Shown: positions 25,662 to 37,524 of the stretch, in pieces
Position numbering within the stretch: position 1 is the stretch's first letter
Layout of the letters: each line of letters begins with the position of its first letter
Assembly: GCA_052327205.1 (NCBI GenBank)
Contig: CM126219.1
Span: 9,424,001 to 9,488,000, forward strand
DNA from: Somniosus microcephalus
Lineage: Eukaryota
Direction: 5' to 3'
Length of the DNA: 64,000 nucleotides
The notes under the pieces: generated by a model
Seen by the model: only the letters and a program-made list of their open reading frames with translations
What the model was told of the DNA's origin: nothing
Databases searched by the model: none
Made by a program: the position numbers and the translations under genes

Positions 25662-26350
25662 AGAAAGAAAGACTTGCATTTCTATAGCACCTTTCACAAC
25701 CACCGGACGTCTCACAGAATCACAGAAACCTCACAGTGCAGATAGAGGCCATTTCGGCCCATCGAGCCTGCACCGACACATATCCCACCCGATCCCCGTA
25801 AACCCTACACCAACACATATCCCACCCTATCCCCGTAACCCCACGTATTTAATCCCCCTAACACTAAGGGTCAATTTATCATAGCCAATCAACGTAACCC
25901 GCACATCTTTGGACTGTGGGAGGAAACCGGAGCACCCGAAAGCACTTTACAGCCAATGAAGCACTTTTTAAAGTGCAGTCACTGTTGTAATGTGGGTAAC
26001 GTGGCAGCCAATTTGCGCACAGCAAGCTCCCACAAACAGCAATGTGATAATGACCTGTTTTTGTTATGTTGGTTGAGGGATAAATATTGGCCCAGGACAC
26101 CAGGGATAACTCCCCTGATTTTCTTCGAAATAGTGCCATGGAATCTTTTACGCCAACCTGAAAGAGCAGACGGGGCCTGGGTTTAACGTCTTATCTGAAA
26201 GGCGGCACCTCCGACACTGCAGCACTCCCTCAGCACTGCACTGGAGTGTCAGCTGAGATTTTTGTGCTCAAGTCTCTGGAGTGGGACTTGAACCCACAAC
26301 CTTCTGACTCAAGAGGAGAGAGTGCTACCCACTGAGCCACAGCTGACACA
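25662..26350 (-). mobile_element. SacSINE1-like DeuSINE with a partial HE1 inserted (25713-25938)
   Basis: Reverse-complement match to the other copies. Confidence 0.85.
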
Positions 26351-27197
26351 GTGGCCAAGAAGGGGGATGGAATTGGTGGTTCGGCTAAGGAGTTTGTGAT
26401 GAGGTACACAGATGATGTCTTTGGTCTTCTCAATGTTTAACTGGGGGAAATTGTGGTTCATTCAAGACTGGATGGAGGAGTGGCAGGGGGGCGGGCACTG
26501 TAGCTGAGGAGAGGGAACCATTTAGACTATCAACTAGCATGGGGGCCAGGAAGGATGGTTGGGTGGTCAGCAGTTTAGTGGGAATAGGATCGAGAAAGCA
26601 GGAGGTGAGTCTCAGGAACAAGATGAGCTCAGAGAGGGCATGAGGGGAGATAGGAGGGAAACTAGAAAAAGATGCGAGTTCAGGGCTAGGGCGTGGGGGG
26701 GAACTTTGGCTGGGTGGGCTAGGAGAAGGGAGGGAAGCGGCAGAGGCAGTTGAATGGATGGTCCTTATCTGAGGATGTTCTTGCCATGGAGGGAGTGCAG
26801 CGAAGATTCACCAGACTGATACCTGGGATGGCAGGAATGACGTATGAGGAGAGATTGGGTCGATTGGGCTTATACTCGCTGGAGTTTAGAAGAATGAGAG
26901 GGGATCTCATTGAAACTTATAAAATTCTAACAGGACTAGACAGACTAGATGCAGGAAGGATGTTCCCGATGGCGGGGAGTCCAGAACCAGGGATCACAGT
27001 CTAAGGATAAGGGGTAAACCATTTAGGACAGAGATGAGGAGGAATTTCTTCACCCAGAGAGTGGTGAACCTGTGGAATTCTCTACCACAGAAGGCAGTTG
27101 AGGCCAATTCATTAAATATATTCAAGAAGGAGTTAGATATATTTCTTAAGGCTAAAGGGATCAAGGGATATGGGGAGAAAGCAGGAACAGGGTACTG

Positions 27198-28166
27198 CTC
27201 ACGATGCGGTCTCCTCTACATTGGGGAGACCAAACGCAGATTGGGTGACCGCTTTGCGGAACACCTCCGTTCAGTCCGTAAGGGTGACCCCGAGCTTCCG
27301 GTCGCCTGTCATTTTAATTCACCGCTCCATTCCCACTCGGACCTCACCGTCCTTGGCCTCTTGTATTGTTCCACGGAAGCTCAACGTAAACTCGAGGAAC
27401 AGCACCTCATCTTCCGATTAGGCACTTTACAGCCTTCCGGACTCAATATCGAGTTCACAGATCACAGAAATCACAGAAACCCCACAGTGCAGATAGAGGC
27501 CATTTCGGCCCATCGAGCCTGCACCGACACATATCCCACCCGATCCCCGTAACCCCTACACCAACACATATCCCACCCTATCCCTGTAACCCCACGTATT
27601 TAATCCCCCTAACACTAAGGGTCAATTTATCATAGCCAATCAACCTAACCCGCACATCTTTGGACTGTGGGAGGAAACCGGAGCACCCGGAGGAAACCCA
27701 CGCAAACACGGGGAGAATGTGCAAACTCCACACAGACAGTCACCCGAGGCCGGATTCGAACCCGGGTCCCTGGCGCTGTGAGGCAACAGTGCTAACCACT
27801 ATGCCACCGAACAATTTCAGATCATAACCTCGGCCCCCATTAATTTTTTACCTGTAATTTTTCCACTCCTTTCCCCCCCCCTTTCCTTTTGATTCACTAT
27901 CCCACCTGGCAGCTATCTCTTGCCCTGCCAGTACACTTCACACCTAATCTCAGCCTATTACCATCTCGTCCAGCTTCGAACACCTTTTATTGTCTCTTCT
28001 ACTTCTTTTGTCTCTTTCACTTCTTTTGTCTGATCGCAGCCCTGCCTTCGATCTATTTCTTTTCTTTCCAGTTTTGAAGAAGGGTTCGACCCGAAACGTC
28101 AACTCAAATTTCTCTCCACGGATGTTGCCTGACCTGCTGAGTTTTTCCAGCATTTTCTGTTGTTAT
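27198..28166 (+). mobile_element. Penelope-like element 3' end (GIY-YIG endonuclease plus pLTR)
   Basis: Encodes CSRCGLLYIGETKRRLGDRFAEH...CHFN...EQHLIFRLGTLQPSGLNIEF, resuming as NNFRS* after the HE1 SINE; hammerhead-like motif at 28070-28104. Confidence 0.88.
27457..27809 (-). mobile_element. HE1-like V-SINE
   Basis: Reverse-complement match to 21051-21408. Confidence 0.88.
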
Positions 28167-28331
28167 TACTGAATGTGGATGATCAGCCATGATCGCATTA
28201 AATGGCGGAGCAGGCTCGAGGGGCCGAATGGCCGACTCCTGCTCCTATCTTCTATGTTTCTATGTCTTAATCTTAGTGACAAAGAAGTCCATGAGCTCCT
28301 CGTACTTGTTGCTGGAGGAGGGGGCGGAGGG

Positions 28332-28453
28332 CAATGTTCCCTCTAATTTTTTGGGGGGCCTTTTTAACGGGCTGCGCCTGCGCGGTTTTTGCATTTAAAA
28401 GCTGGTAAGCCGGCTGCGTGGCCGCACAACCCCGCAGCTTAAAGGGAACATTT
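28332..28453. mobile_element. hAT-like MITE
   Basis: Ends CAATGTTCCCTCTAA...TTAAAGGGAACATT(T), with a degenerate 8-bp TSD GCGGAGGG/GTGGAGGA. Confidence 0.6.
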
Positions 28454-28712
28454 GTGGAGGAGGTAGGGGAGAGGAGTTCAAGGAGAAGTGGAGAAGAGAA
28501 GCCGGGGGTTATTTTTGCATTCCAGGATGACAGACTGGGAGTGGAACCTGGGACTTTCTTGTTCTGTTTGATTCAATAACATGCCAAGATTTCAATGACT
28601 CATTATTTACACAACCCAGAAGGGAGGTTCTCTGTACTGCTCCTCCACAGTATGGATCTGCATTTTGAAACCGCATGTTGTTGGTGAGGAAGTGCCAGCT
28701 CTTGTTCCAAAG

Positions 28713-29170
28713 TGTCAGTCGTGGCTCAGTGGTTTGCACCCTCGCCTCCGAGTCAGAAGCCACTCCAGAGACATGAACACAAAAATCTAGGCTGACACTC
28801 CAGTGCAGTACTGAGGGAGTGCTGCACTGTCAGAGGTGCCGTCTTTCGGATGAGACATTAAACCGAGCCTCCGTCTGCCCTCTCGGGTGGACGTAAAAAA
28901 TCCCACTGCACTATTTCGAAGATGAGTTAGGGGAGTTCTCCCCAAGTGTCCTGCGGCCAATATTTATCACTCAATCAACATCACTAAAACAGATTATCTG
29001 GTCATTATCACATTGCTGTTTGTGGGAGCTTGCTGTGTGCAAATTAGCTGCCGCGTTTCCTACATTACAACAGTGACTACACTTCAAAAAGTACTTCATG
29101 CTTTAAAGCGCTTTGGGACATCTGGTGGTTGTGAAAGGCGCCTTAGAAATGCAAGTCTTTTTTTTCTTTC
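28713..29170 (+). mobile_element. SacSINE1-like DeuSINE
   Basis: Near full-length match to the other copies. Confidence 0.85.
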
Positions 29171-30179
29171 AAACATCACAGGGGAGTTGCGAACAAGACC
29201 ATCTTACAGAAAACAGTCACTCCCAATTTATCCCACTACATTCCAGGATGGCATCGGTCCCTACACATTGTAACAGATGACACATCTTCTTTAATTAAGT
29301 CTGAAGCTGAAGAGTACAATCAGGCACTGGAATATTTGCATATAAGCAATCCTCCAAAGTACTATTTATGGACATGCGTCATGACAATGGAACGTGTGCC
29401 CGTGATCTCAATCGAAAGGTTTTCAGGAGCAAACGTACTTCTCAAAAACTGAGCTGTTTGTTCCCCAGCAATATAACAACTTGCATTTATTTATACAGCG
29501 CCTTTAACAAAGAAAAACATTCCATGGTGCATCACAGACACTTGGCTGCCAAGTCAAAGAAGGAGGGATTAGAAGAGATGTCCAAATCCATGGTCAAAGT
29601 GGTGCTTTCGAAAGAGTCTTAAAGGAGCAGGAAGAAGAGAGCCTTAAGCCCTGGAATTCCCTCGCTGCCACTCTCTCCTCCTTTAAGACTCTCCTCAAAA
29701 CCGACCTCTTTGACCAAGCTTTTAGTCACCTGTCCCGATATCTCCTTAAATAAAAACAGAAAATGCTGGCAATACTCAGCAGGTCAGGCAGCATCTGTGG
29801 AGAGAGAAACAGAGTTAGAACTTCGTCCTTCCTTGGCTTGGTGTCAATTGTTGTCTGTTTACGCCCCTGTGAAGCGCCTTGGGACGTAGGACGTTGTTAT
29901 GTACACGATTTCCAGATGCATTTTGTTGAATGGTTTAAGTCACTGCCAATGGCAATGCCCGCCGGCGACAATGTGCTTGAGGAGGTGGAGGGGGGAATGT
30001 AGAGGGGGGATTTACCACCCTCTGCTGTAGACTCCAGGCTGTAACAGCTACTGCAGGAACTGGTCAAAAAACAGGAAATGCTGCAAACACTCAGCATGGT
30101 CAGGCAGCGTCTGTGCAGAGAGGGAGGTTGGGTTAACGGTTCAGGGCAATGACCATTCGTCAGAGCAGGGAGATGTTAC

Positions 30180-30725
30180 AACAACTACAACTTGTATTTA
30201 TATAGCGCCTTTAACGTAGTAAAACGTCCCAAGGCGCTGCACAGGAGTATTTTAAGACAAAAAATTTGACACCGATCCACATAAGGATAAACTAGGGCAG
30301 GTGACCAAAAGCTTGGTCAAAGAGGTAGGTTTTAAGGAGCGTCTTAAAGGAGGAAGCGGACAGGTTTAGGCAGGAATTCCAGAGCTTAGGGCTGAGGCAA
30401 CAGGAGGCACGACCATCAAAGGTTGAGCGATTATAATCAGGGATGCTCAAGAGGGCAGAATTAGAGGAGCGCAGATATCTCAGGGGTTTGTGGGGCTGAA
30501 GGAGATTACAGAGATAGGAAGGGGCGAGGCCATGGAGGGATCTGAAAACAAGGATGAGAATTTTGAAATCGAGGCGCTGCTTAACCGGGAGCCAGTGTAG
30601 GTCATCGAGCACAGAGGTGATGGGTGAACGGGACTTGGTGCGAGTTAGGACACGGGCAGCAGAGTCTTGGATGAGCTCATGTTTACGTAGGGTGGAATGT
30701 GTGAGGCCAGCCAGGAGTGCGTAAC
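30180..30725 (-). mobile_element. L2-clade LINE 3' end
   Basis: Encodes DLHWLPVKQRLDFKILIL...APSYL...LRSS...LWNS...FKTLLKTYLF, with a (GTT)n tail. Confidence 0.85.
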
Positions 30726-30899
30726 ATGGATGAGGAGTTACAGATGAAAAGTTTATAAAGAGGAACAGAGCCAGGGAAAAGGGGCCGGTAAAGGAACGGT
30801 CTCTGATTAGGTGGAGGACAGGAGAGGATTAAGTGGCGGAAGTGATAGCGGTGTAAGACAGAAGAAGGTAACAATGAGAGAAATAAAAGATGTATTTGA

Positions 30900-32500
30900 A
30901 ACATAGAAGATAGGAGCAGGAGTAGGCCATTCGGCCCCTCGAGCCTGCTCCACCATTCAATGAGATCATGGCTGATCATCCAAACTCAGTACCCGGTCCC
31001 TGCTTTCTCCCCATATCCCTTGATCCCTTTAGCCTTAAGAAATATATCTAACTCCTTCTTGAATATATTTAATGAATTGGCCTCCACTGCCTTCTGTGGT
31101 AGAGAATTCCACAGGTTCACCGCTCTCTGGGTGAAGAAATTCCTCCGCATCTCTGTCCTAAATGGCTTACACCTTATCCTTAGACTGTGACCCCTGGTTC
31201 TGGACTCCCCGGCCATCGGGAACATCCTTCCTGCATCTAGTCTGTCTAGTCCTGTTAGAATTTTATAAGTTTCAATGGGATCCCCTCTCATTCTTCTAAA
31301 CTCCAGCGAGTATAAGCCCAAACGACCCAATCTCTCCTCATACGTCATTCTGCCATCCCAGGTATCAGTCTGGTGAATCTTCACTGCACTCCCTCCATGG
31401 CAAGAACATCCTTCCTCAGATAAGGCGACCAAAGCTGCACACAATACTCAAGGTGTGGTCTCACCAAGGCCCTGTACAATTGCAGCAAGACATCCTTGTT
31501 CCTGTACTCGAACCCTCTCGCTGCGAAGGCCAACATACCATTTGCCTTCTTAACCGCCTGCTGCACCTGCATGCTTACCTTCAGCGACTGGTGCACAAGG
31601 ACACCCAGGTCTCGTTGCACTTCCCTTTCTCCCAATCTATTGCCATTCAGATAATAATCTGCCTTCCTGTTTTTGCCACCAAAGTGGACAACCTCACATT
31701 TATCCACGTTATATTGCATCTGCCATGTTTTTGCCCAATCACCCAACCTGTCCAAATCATCCTGGAGTTTCTCGGCATCCTCCTCACAGCACACACGCCC
31801 ACCCAGCTTTGTGTCGTCTGCAAACTTGGAGATATTACATCTAGTTCCCTTGTCTAGATCATTTATATATCTATCCAAGTCAATACCTTGCCCCCAATCC
31901 CATGTGCCTTAACTTTACACGCTAATCTATTATGCGGGATCTTATCGAAAGTCTGAAAGTCCAAATACACCACATCCACTGGTTCTCCCTTATCTATTTT
32001 ACCAGTTACATCCTCAAAAAAATCCAGTAGATTAGTCAAGCATGATTTACCTTTTGAAATCCATGTTGACTTTGTCCGATCCTGTCACTGTTTTCCAAGT
32101 GCTCTGCCATTACATCTTTTATAATGGACTCCAGCATTTTCCCCACTACCGATGTCAGGCTTACCGGTCTATAATTCCCCATTTTCTCTCTACCACCTTT
32201 TTTGAATAGTGGGGTAACATTAGCTACCCTCCAATCCATGGGTACCGTTCCAGAGTCTATCAAGTTCTGGAAAATGACCAGCAATGCATCTGCTATTTCT
32301 AGGGCCACTTCCTTAAGCACCCTAGGATGTAGATTATCAGGCCCTGGGGATTTATCGGCCTTCAATCCCGTCAATTTCCCTAACACCATTTCCCTACAAA
32401 TACTGATTTTTTTCAGTTCCTCCCTCTCTGGGAGGTTATTTGTGTCCTCCTTTGTGAAGACAGAACCAAAGTTTGTATTTAATTGGTCTGCCATTTCTTT
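30900..32500 (-). mobile_element. CR1/HER1 LINE with internal deletions
   Basis: ORFs 32036-32587, 31381-31878 and 30986-31444 are CR1 RT pieces; 3' tail CTCCTATCTTCTATG. Confidence 0.9.
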
Positions 32501-32770
32501 TAGACCCAGAGGACGTGAGACAGGCCGAATGGCTTCCTTCTGTGCTGTAAATTTCTGATTCCAGCAACTCCACTCTCGACAAGGCAAAGATCGGGAAGCA
32601 GGTGGAGCAAGCCATGGACTGTGGCAGAGGCTTGTGACATTAGTGCTCTAACATATAGTGCCACCATGCTCGTCTTGCCCTGCGACTTTTTTCTTCGCTT
32701 ATCCGCATGAGATGGTTCAACATGAACCTTTCTAAACACAGATGGGAATATGTCTGCTTCACAGAGACTG

Positions 32771-33634
32771 CCCAGCCACTAGGGGCACTGCACCATCCCG
32801 CCACTAGGGGCACTGCACCACCCAGCCACTAGGGGCACTGCACCATCCCGCCACTAGGGGCACTGCACCACCCAGCCACTAGGGGCGCTGCACCACCCAG
32901 CCACTAGGGGCGCTGCACCACCCAGCCACTAGGGGCGCTGCACCACCCAGCCACTAGGGGCGCTGCACCATCCTGCCACTAGGGGCGCTGCACCACCCAG
33001 CCACTAGAGGCACTGCACCACCCAGCCACTAGGGGCACTGCACCACCCAGCCACTAGGGGCGCTGCACCACCCAGCCACTAGAGGCACTGCACCACCCAG
33101 CCACTAGGGGCACTGCACCACCCAGCCACTAGGGGCGCTGCACCACCCAGCCACTAGGGGCGCTGCACCACCCAGCCACTAGGGGCGCTGCACCACCCAG
33201 CCACTAAGGGCGCTGCACCACCCAGCCACGAGGGGCACTGCACCATCCCGACACTAGGGGCACTGCACCACCCAGCCACTAGAGGCACTGCACCACCCAG
33301 CCACTAGGGGCACTGCACCATCCCGCCACTAGGGGCACTGCACCACCCAGCCACTAGGGGAGCTGCACCACCCAGACACTAGAGGCGCTGCACCACCCAG
33401 CCACTAGGGGCGCTGCACCACCCAGCCACTAGAGGCGCTGCACCACCCAGCCACTAGGGGCGCTGCACCACCCAGCCACTAGGGGCGCTGCACCACCCAG
33501 CCACTAGGGGCGCTGCACCACCCAGCCACTAGGGGCGCTGCACCACCCAGCCACTAGGGGCGCTGCACCACCCAGCCACTAGGGGCGCTGCACCACCCAG
33601 CCACTAGGGGCGCTGCACCACCCAGCCACTAGGG
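32771..33634 (+). repeat. 25-bp minisatellite, left arm (~34 units)
   Basis: Unit CCCAGCCACTAGGGGCGCTGCACCA. Confidence 0.95.
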
Positions 33635-33904
33635 TGCGTGGTCCTGAATGATGGAGGATACCGTTCACTATTCAGACCTTGCTGCAGTACTATCATGGTC
33701 CCATGATAAAGTTTCATCAGCAGAGCTGACATCTGATGATTACAATTGAAATGTAACAGAATACACTGGACTCCCAGTTGGGAGATGGGTATTTAAATCT
33801 CAGCTTCACTGACGTCAGCACGTAGGTTTCCTAGAAGGCTAAGACCACAAACATGATCTGAAGGATGGCAGGGAAGATGGGGTGGAGGACAAAGGGAAGT
33901 GTAG

Positions 33905-34536
33905 AGTGGCTGGGTGGTGCAGTGCGCCCCTAGTGGCAGAATGGTGCAGTGCCCCTAGTGGCTGGGTGGGTGCAGTGCCCCTAGTGGCTGGGTAGGTGTA
34001 GTGCCCCTAGTGGCAGGATGGTGCAGTGCCCCTAGTGGCAGGATGGTGCAGTGCCCCTAGTGGCTGGGTGGTACAATGCCTCTAGTGGCGGGATGGTGCA
34101 GTGTCTTTAGTGGTGGGATGGTGCAGTGCCCCTCGTGGCAGGATGGTGCAGTGCCCCTAGTGGCAGGATGGTGCAGTGCCCCTAGTGGCAGGATGGTGCA
34201 GTGCCCCTAGTGGCTGGGTGGTACAATGCCTCTAGTGGCGGGATGGTGCAGTGCCTCTAGTGGCGGGATGGTGCAGTGCCTCTAGTGGCGGGATGGTGCA
34301 GTGCCCCTAGTGGTGGGATGGTGCAGTGCCTCTAGTGGCGGGATGGTGCAGTGCCTCTAGTGGCGGGATGGTGCAGTGCCCCTAGTGGCAGGATGGTGCA
34401 GTGCCCCTAGTGGCGGGATGGTGCAGTGCCTCTAGTGGCGGGATGGTGCAGTGCCTCTAGTGGCGGAATGGTGCAGTGCCCCTAGTGGCGGGATGGTGCA
34501 GTGCCCCTAGTGGCTGGGTGGTGCAGTGCCCCTAGT
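33905..34536 (-). repeat. 25-bp minisatellite, right arm (~25 units), inverted relative to the left arm
   Basis: Unit CCCCTAGTGGCRGGATGGTGCAGTG is the reverse complement of the left-arm unit family. Confidence 0.95.
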
Positions 34537-34540
34537 TATT

Positions 34541-35950
34541 GTTTAAGGTGGTGGATGGGGTGCCAATCAAGCAGGCTGCTTTGTCCTGGATGGTGTCGAG
34601 CTTCTTGAGTGTTGTTGGAGCTGCACTCATCCAGGCAAGTGGAGAGTATTCCATCACACTCCTGACTTGTGCCTTGTAGATGGTGGAAAGGCTTTGGGGA
34701 GTCAGGAGGTGAGACACTCGCCGCAGAATACCCAGCCTCTGACCTGCTCTTGTAGTCACAGTATTTATGTGGCTGGTCCAGTTAAGTTTCTGGTCAATGG
34801 TGACTCCCAGGATGTTGATGGTGGGGGATTCAGTGATGGTAATGCCATTGAATGTCAAGGGGCGGTAGTTAGACTCGCTCGTTGGAGATAGTCATTGCCT
34901 GGCGCGAATGTTACTTGCCACTTATCAGACCAAGCCTGAATGTCATCCAGGTCTTGCTGCACGCGGGCATGGACTGCTTCATTATCTGAGGAGTTGTGAA
35001 TGGAACTGAACACTGTGCAGTCATCAGTGAACACCCCCACTTCTGACCTTATGATGGAGGGAAGGTCATTGATGAAACAGCTGAAGATAGTTGGGCCTAG
35101 GACACTGCTCTGAGGAACTCCTGCAGCGATGTCCTGGAGCTGTGATGATTGTCCTCCAACAACTACAATCATTAGTGCTCGGTATGACTCCAGCCAGTGG
35201 AGAGTTTTCCCCGATTCCCATTGACTTCAGTTTTACTAGGGCTCCTTGATGCCACACTCGGTCAAATGCTGCCTTGATGTTGAGGGCAGTCACTCTTGAC
35301 TCACCTCTGGAATTCAGCTCCTTTGTCCATGTTTGGACCAAGGCTGCAATGAGGTCTGGAGCCAAGTGATCTTCGCGGAACCCAAACTGAGCATCAGTGA
35401 GCAATGTGAGACATTGGCTGAAAGCTGTCCCACAGACTAGTCAACAGTATGACTATGTCAGGCTGTTGACTAGTCTGTGGGACAGCTCTCCCAATTTTGG
35501 CACAAGTCCCCAGATGTTAGTGAGGAGGACTTTGCAGGGTCGACTGGGCTGGGTGTGCCATTGTCGTGTCCGAAGCCGGTGCCGAGGTCGATGCCGGGCA
35601 GTCCGTCCGGTTTCATTATTATTGTTTTTCGTAGCGGTTGGTTACAACTGAGTGACTTGCTGGGCCATTTCAGAGGGCAGTTAAGAGTCAATCACATTGC
35701 TGTGGGTCTGGAGTCACATATAGGCCAGACCGGGTAAGGATGGCAGATTTCCTTCCCTAAAAGACAATCCGATAGTTTCATGGTCACCATTACTGATACG
35801 AGCTTTTTATTCCAGATTTATTTATTGCAGATTTATTTAAGTAACTGAATTTAAATTCCCCAGCTGCCGTGGTGGAATTTGAACTCACGTCATTAGTCCA
35901 GGCCTCTGGATTACTGGTCCAGTAATATAACCACTGTGCTACTGTACCCA
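34541..35950 (-). mobile_element. Second LINE family (CR1/L2 group): tRNA-like head, start of endonuclease, internal deletion, RT
   Basis: RT motifs (AAFDRVWH, GVPQSSVLGP, FTDD, ILGVTIDQKLNW). At 35450-35535 the minus strand encodes LLTNIWGLVPKLGELSHRL...PDIVIL (APE N-terminus). A/B-box head at about 35860-35950. Confidence 0.75.
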
Positions 35951-36115
35951 TATGGTGCAGAGTTCCCCCTTGTGACTAGTGACTCGACAGGAAAGTTTGT
36001 CCCCCCCCCACTGATCTGCCATATCCCCAAATCCTCCCTCATCTTTCACAAATAAACCTAAACAATAATGGGGGAGGTGGGTTAAATAAGCAGGGAAAAA
36101 CAGATCAGATCAGCC

Positions 36116-36428
36116 CACAGTGGCATAGTGGTTAGCACTGTTGCCTCACAGCGCCAGGGACCCGGGTTCAAATCCGGCCTCGGGCGACTGTCTGTGTGGA
36201 GTTTGCACATTCTCCCTGTGTCTGCGTGGGTTTCCTCCGGGTGCTCCGGTTTCCTCCCACAGTCCAAAGATGTGCAGGTTAGGTTGATTTGGCTATGATA
36301 AATTGACCCTTAGTGTTAGGGGATTAAATACGTGGGGTTACGGGGATAGGGTGGGATATGTGTCGGTGCAGGCTCGATGGGCCGAAATGGCCTCTATCTG
36401 CACTGTGGAGATTCTGTGATTCTGTGAT
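36116..36428 (+). mobile_element. HE1-like V-SINE
   Basis: Matches 21051-21408. Confidence 0.88.
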
Positions 36429-36760
36429 AAGAAACAGGAGCAGGAGTCGGCCATTCGGCCCCTCAAGCCTGCTCCGTCATTCGATAAGGTCATGGCTGAT
36501 CTTCGACCTCGCCTCCACTTTCTTGCCCGATCTCGGTTCCCTCAGTATCCTAAAATCTATCTATCTCTGTCTTGAATATACTCAACGACTGAGCATCCAC
36601 AGCCCTCTGGGGCAGAGAATTCCAAAGATTCACAACCCGCTGAGTGAAGAAATTCCTCCTCATCTCAGTCCTAAATGGCCGACCCCTTAACCTGACACTG
36701 TGACCCCTTGTTCTAGTCCCCTTAAGAATTTTATACGTTTCAATGAGATCACCTCTCATT
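36428..36760 (-). mobile_element. CR1 3' fragment
   Basis: Encodes MRGDLIETYKILKG...RRNFFTQRVV, followed by the tail. Confidence 0.8.
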
Positions 36761-36811
36761 CAGCCCAGCAGAAACACCAAAGTCAGGCTGGGTCTGCATT
36801 CCCTCATCAAC

Positions 36812-37322
36812 ACAACAACAACTTATATTTATTTAGCACCTTTAACGTAGTAAAACGTCCCAAGGCGCTGCACAGGAGTATTACAAGACAAAAAAATTGA
36901 CACCGAGCCACATAAGGAGAAATTAGGGCAGGTGACCAATAGCTTGGTCAAAGAGGTTTTATGGAGCGTCTTAAAGGAGGAAAGAGAGGTAGCGAGGCGG
37001 AGAGGTTTTAGGCAGGGAATTCCAGAGCTTAGGGCCGAGGCAACAGAAGGCACGGCCACCAATGGTGGAGCGATTATAATCAGGGATGCTCAAGAGGGCA
37101 GAATTAGAGGAGCGCAGATATCTCGGGGGGTTGTGGGGCTGGAGGAGATTACAGAGATAGGAAGGGGCGAGGCCATGGAGGGATCTGAAAACAAGGATGA
37201 GAATTTTGAAATCAAGGCGTTGTTTAACCGGGAGCCAATGTAGGTCAGCGAGCACAGGGGTGATGGGTGAACGGGACTTGGTGCGAGTTAGGACACGGGC
37301 AGCCGAGTTTTGGATGACCTCA
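36812..37322 (-). mobile_element. L2-clade LINE 3' end
   Basis: Encodes ADLHWLPVKQRLDFKIL; same tail as 30180-30725. Confidence 0.85.
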
Positions 37323-37497
37323 AGAAATCACAGAAATGACAGAACAGAAGGAAGACATTCGGCTCATCACGTGTATGGCAGCGGCACCTCTTCCAACAGG
37401 GGCTATTGCGGTTTCATTGCGGTTTCTCATTTTAAGTATTTCCAATGTATACAGAATGTTAAGGTTTATAAATGCAGATTGCAGCAGTGTGTCCAGT

Positions 37498-37524
37498 GTG
37501 CCCTCTGGTGGCTGGGTGCTGCAG
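37498..37524 (-). promoter_or_regulatory. Candidate CTCF site
   Basis: Minus strand reads CTGCAGCACCCAGCCACCAGAGGGCAC, containing the canonical core CCACCAGAGGGCAC. Confidence 0.55.

Larger units (their letters stand above)
26762..28265 (+). mobile_element. CR1 3' fragment, split by a Penelope insertion
   Basis: Encodes EGVQRRFTRLIPG...RRNFFTQRVV; the tail resumes at about 28167 after a TACTG duplication. Confidence 0.88.

Noticed and set aside
27034-27552. Novel RT-GIY-YIG fusion protein
   Set aside because: Chance in-frame junction of nested CR1, Penelope and SINE insertions, marked by a TSD.
32771-34536. CRISPR-like array
   Set aside because: Contiguous tandem units with no unique spacers, in vertebrate DNA with no cas genes.
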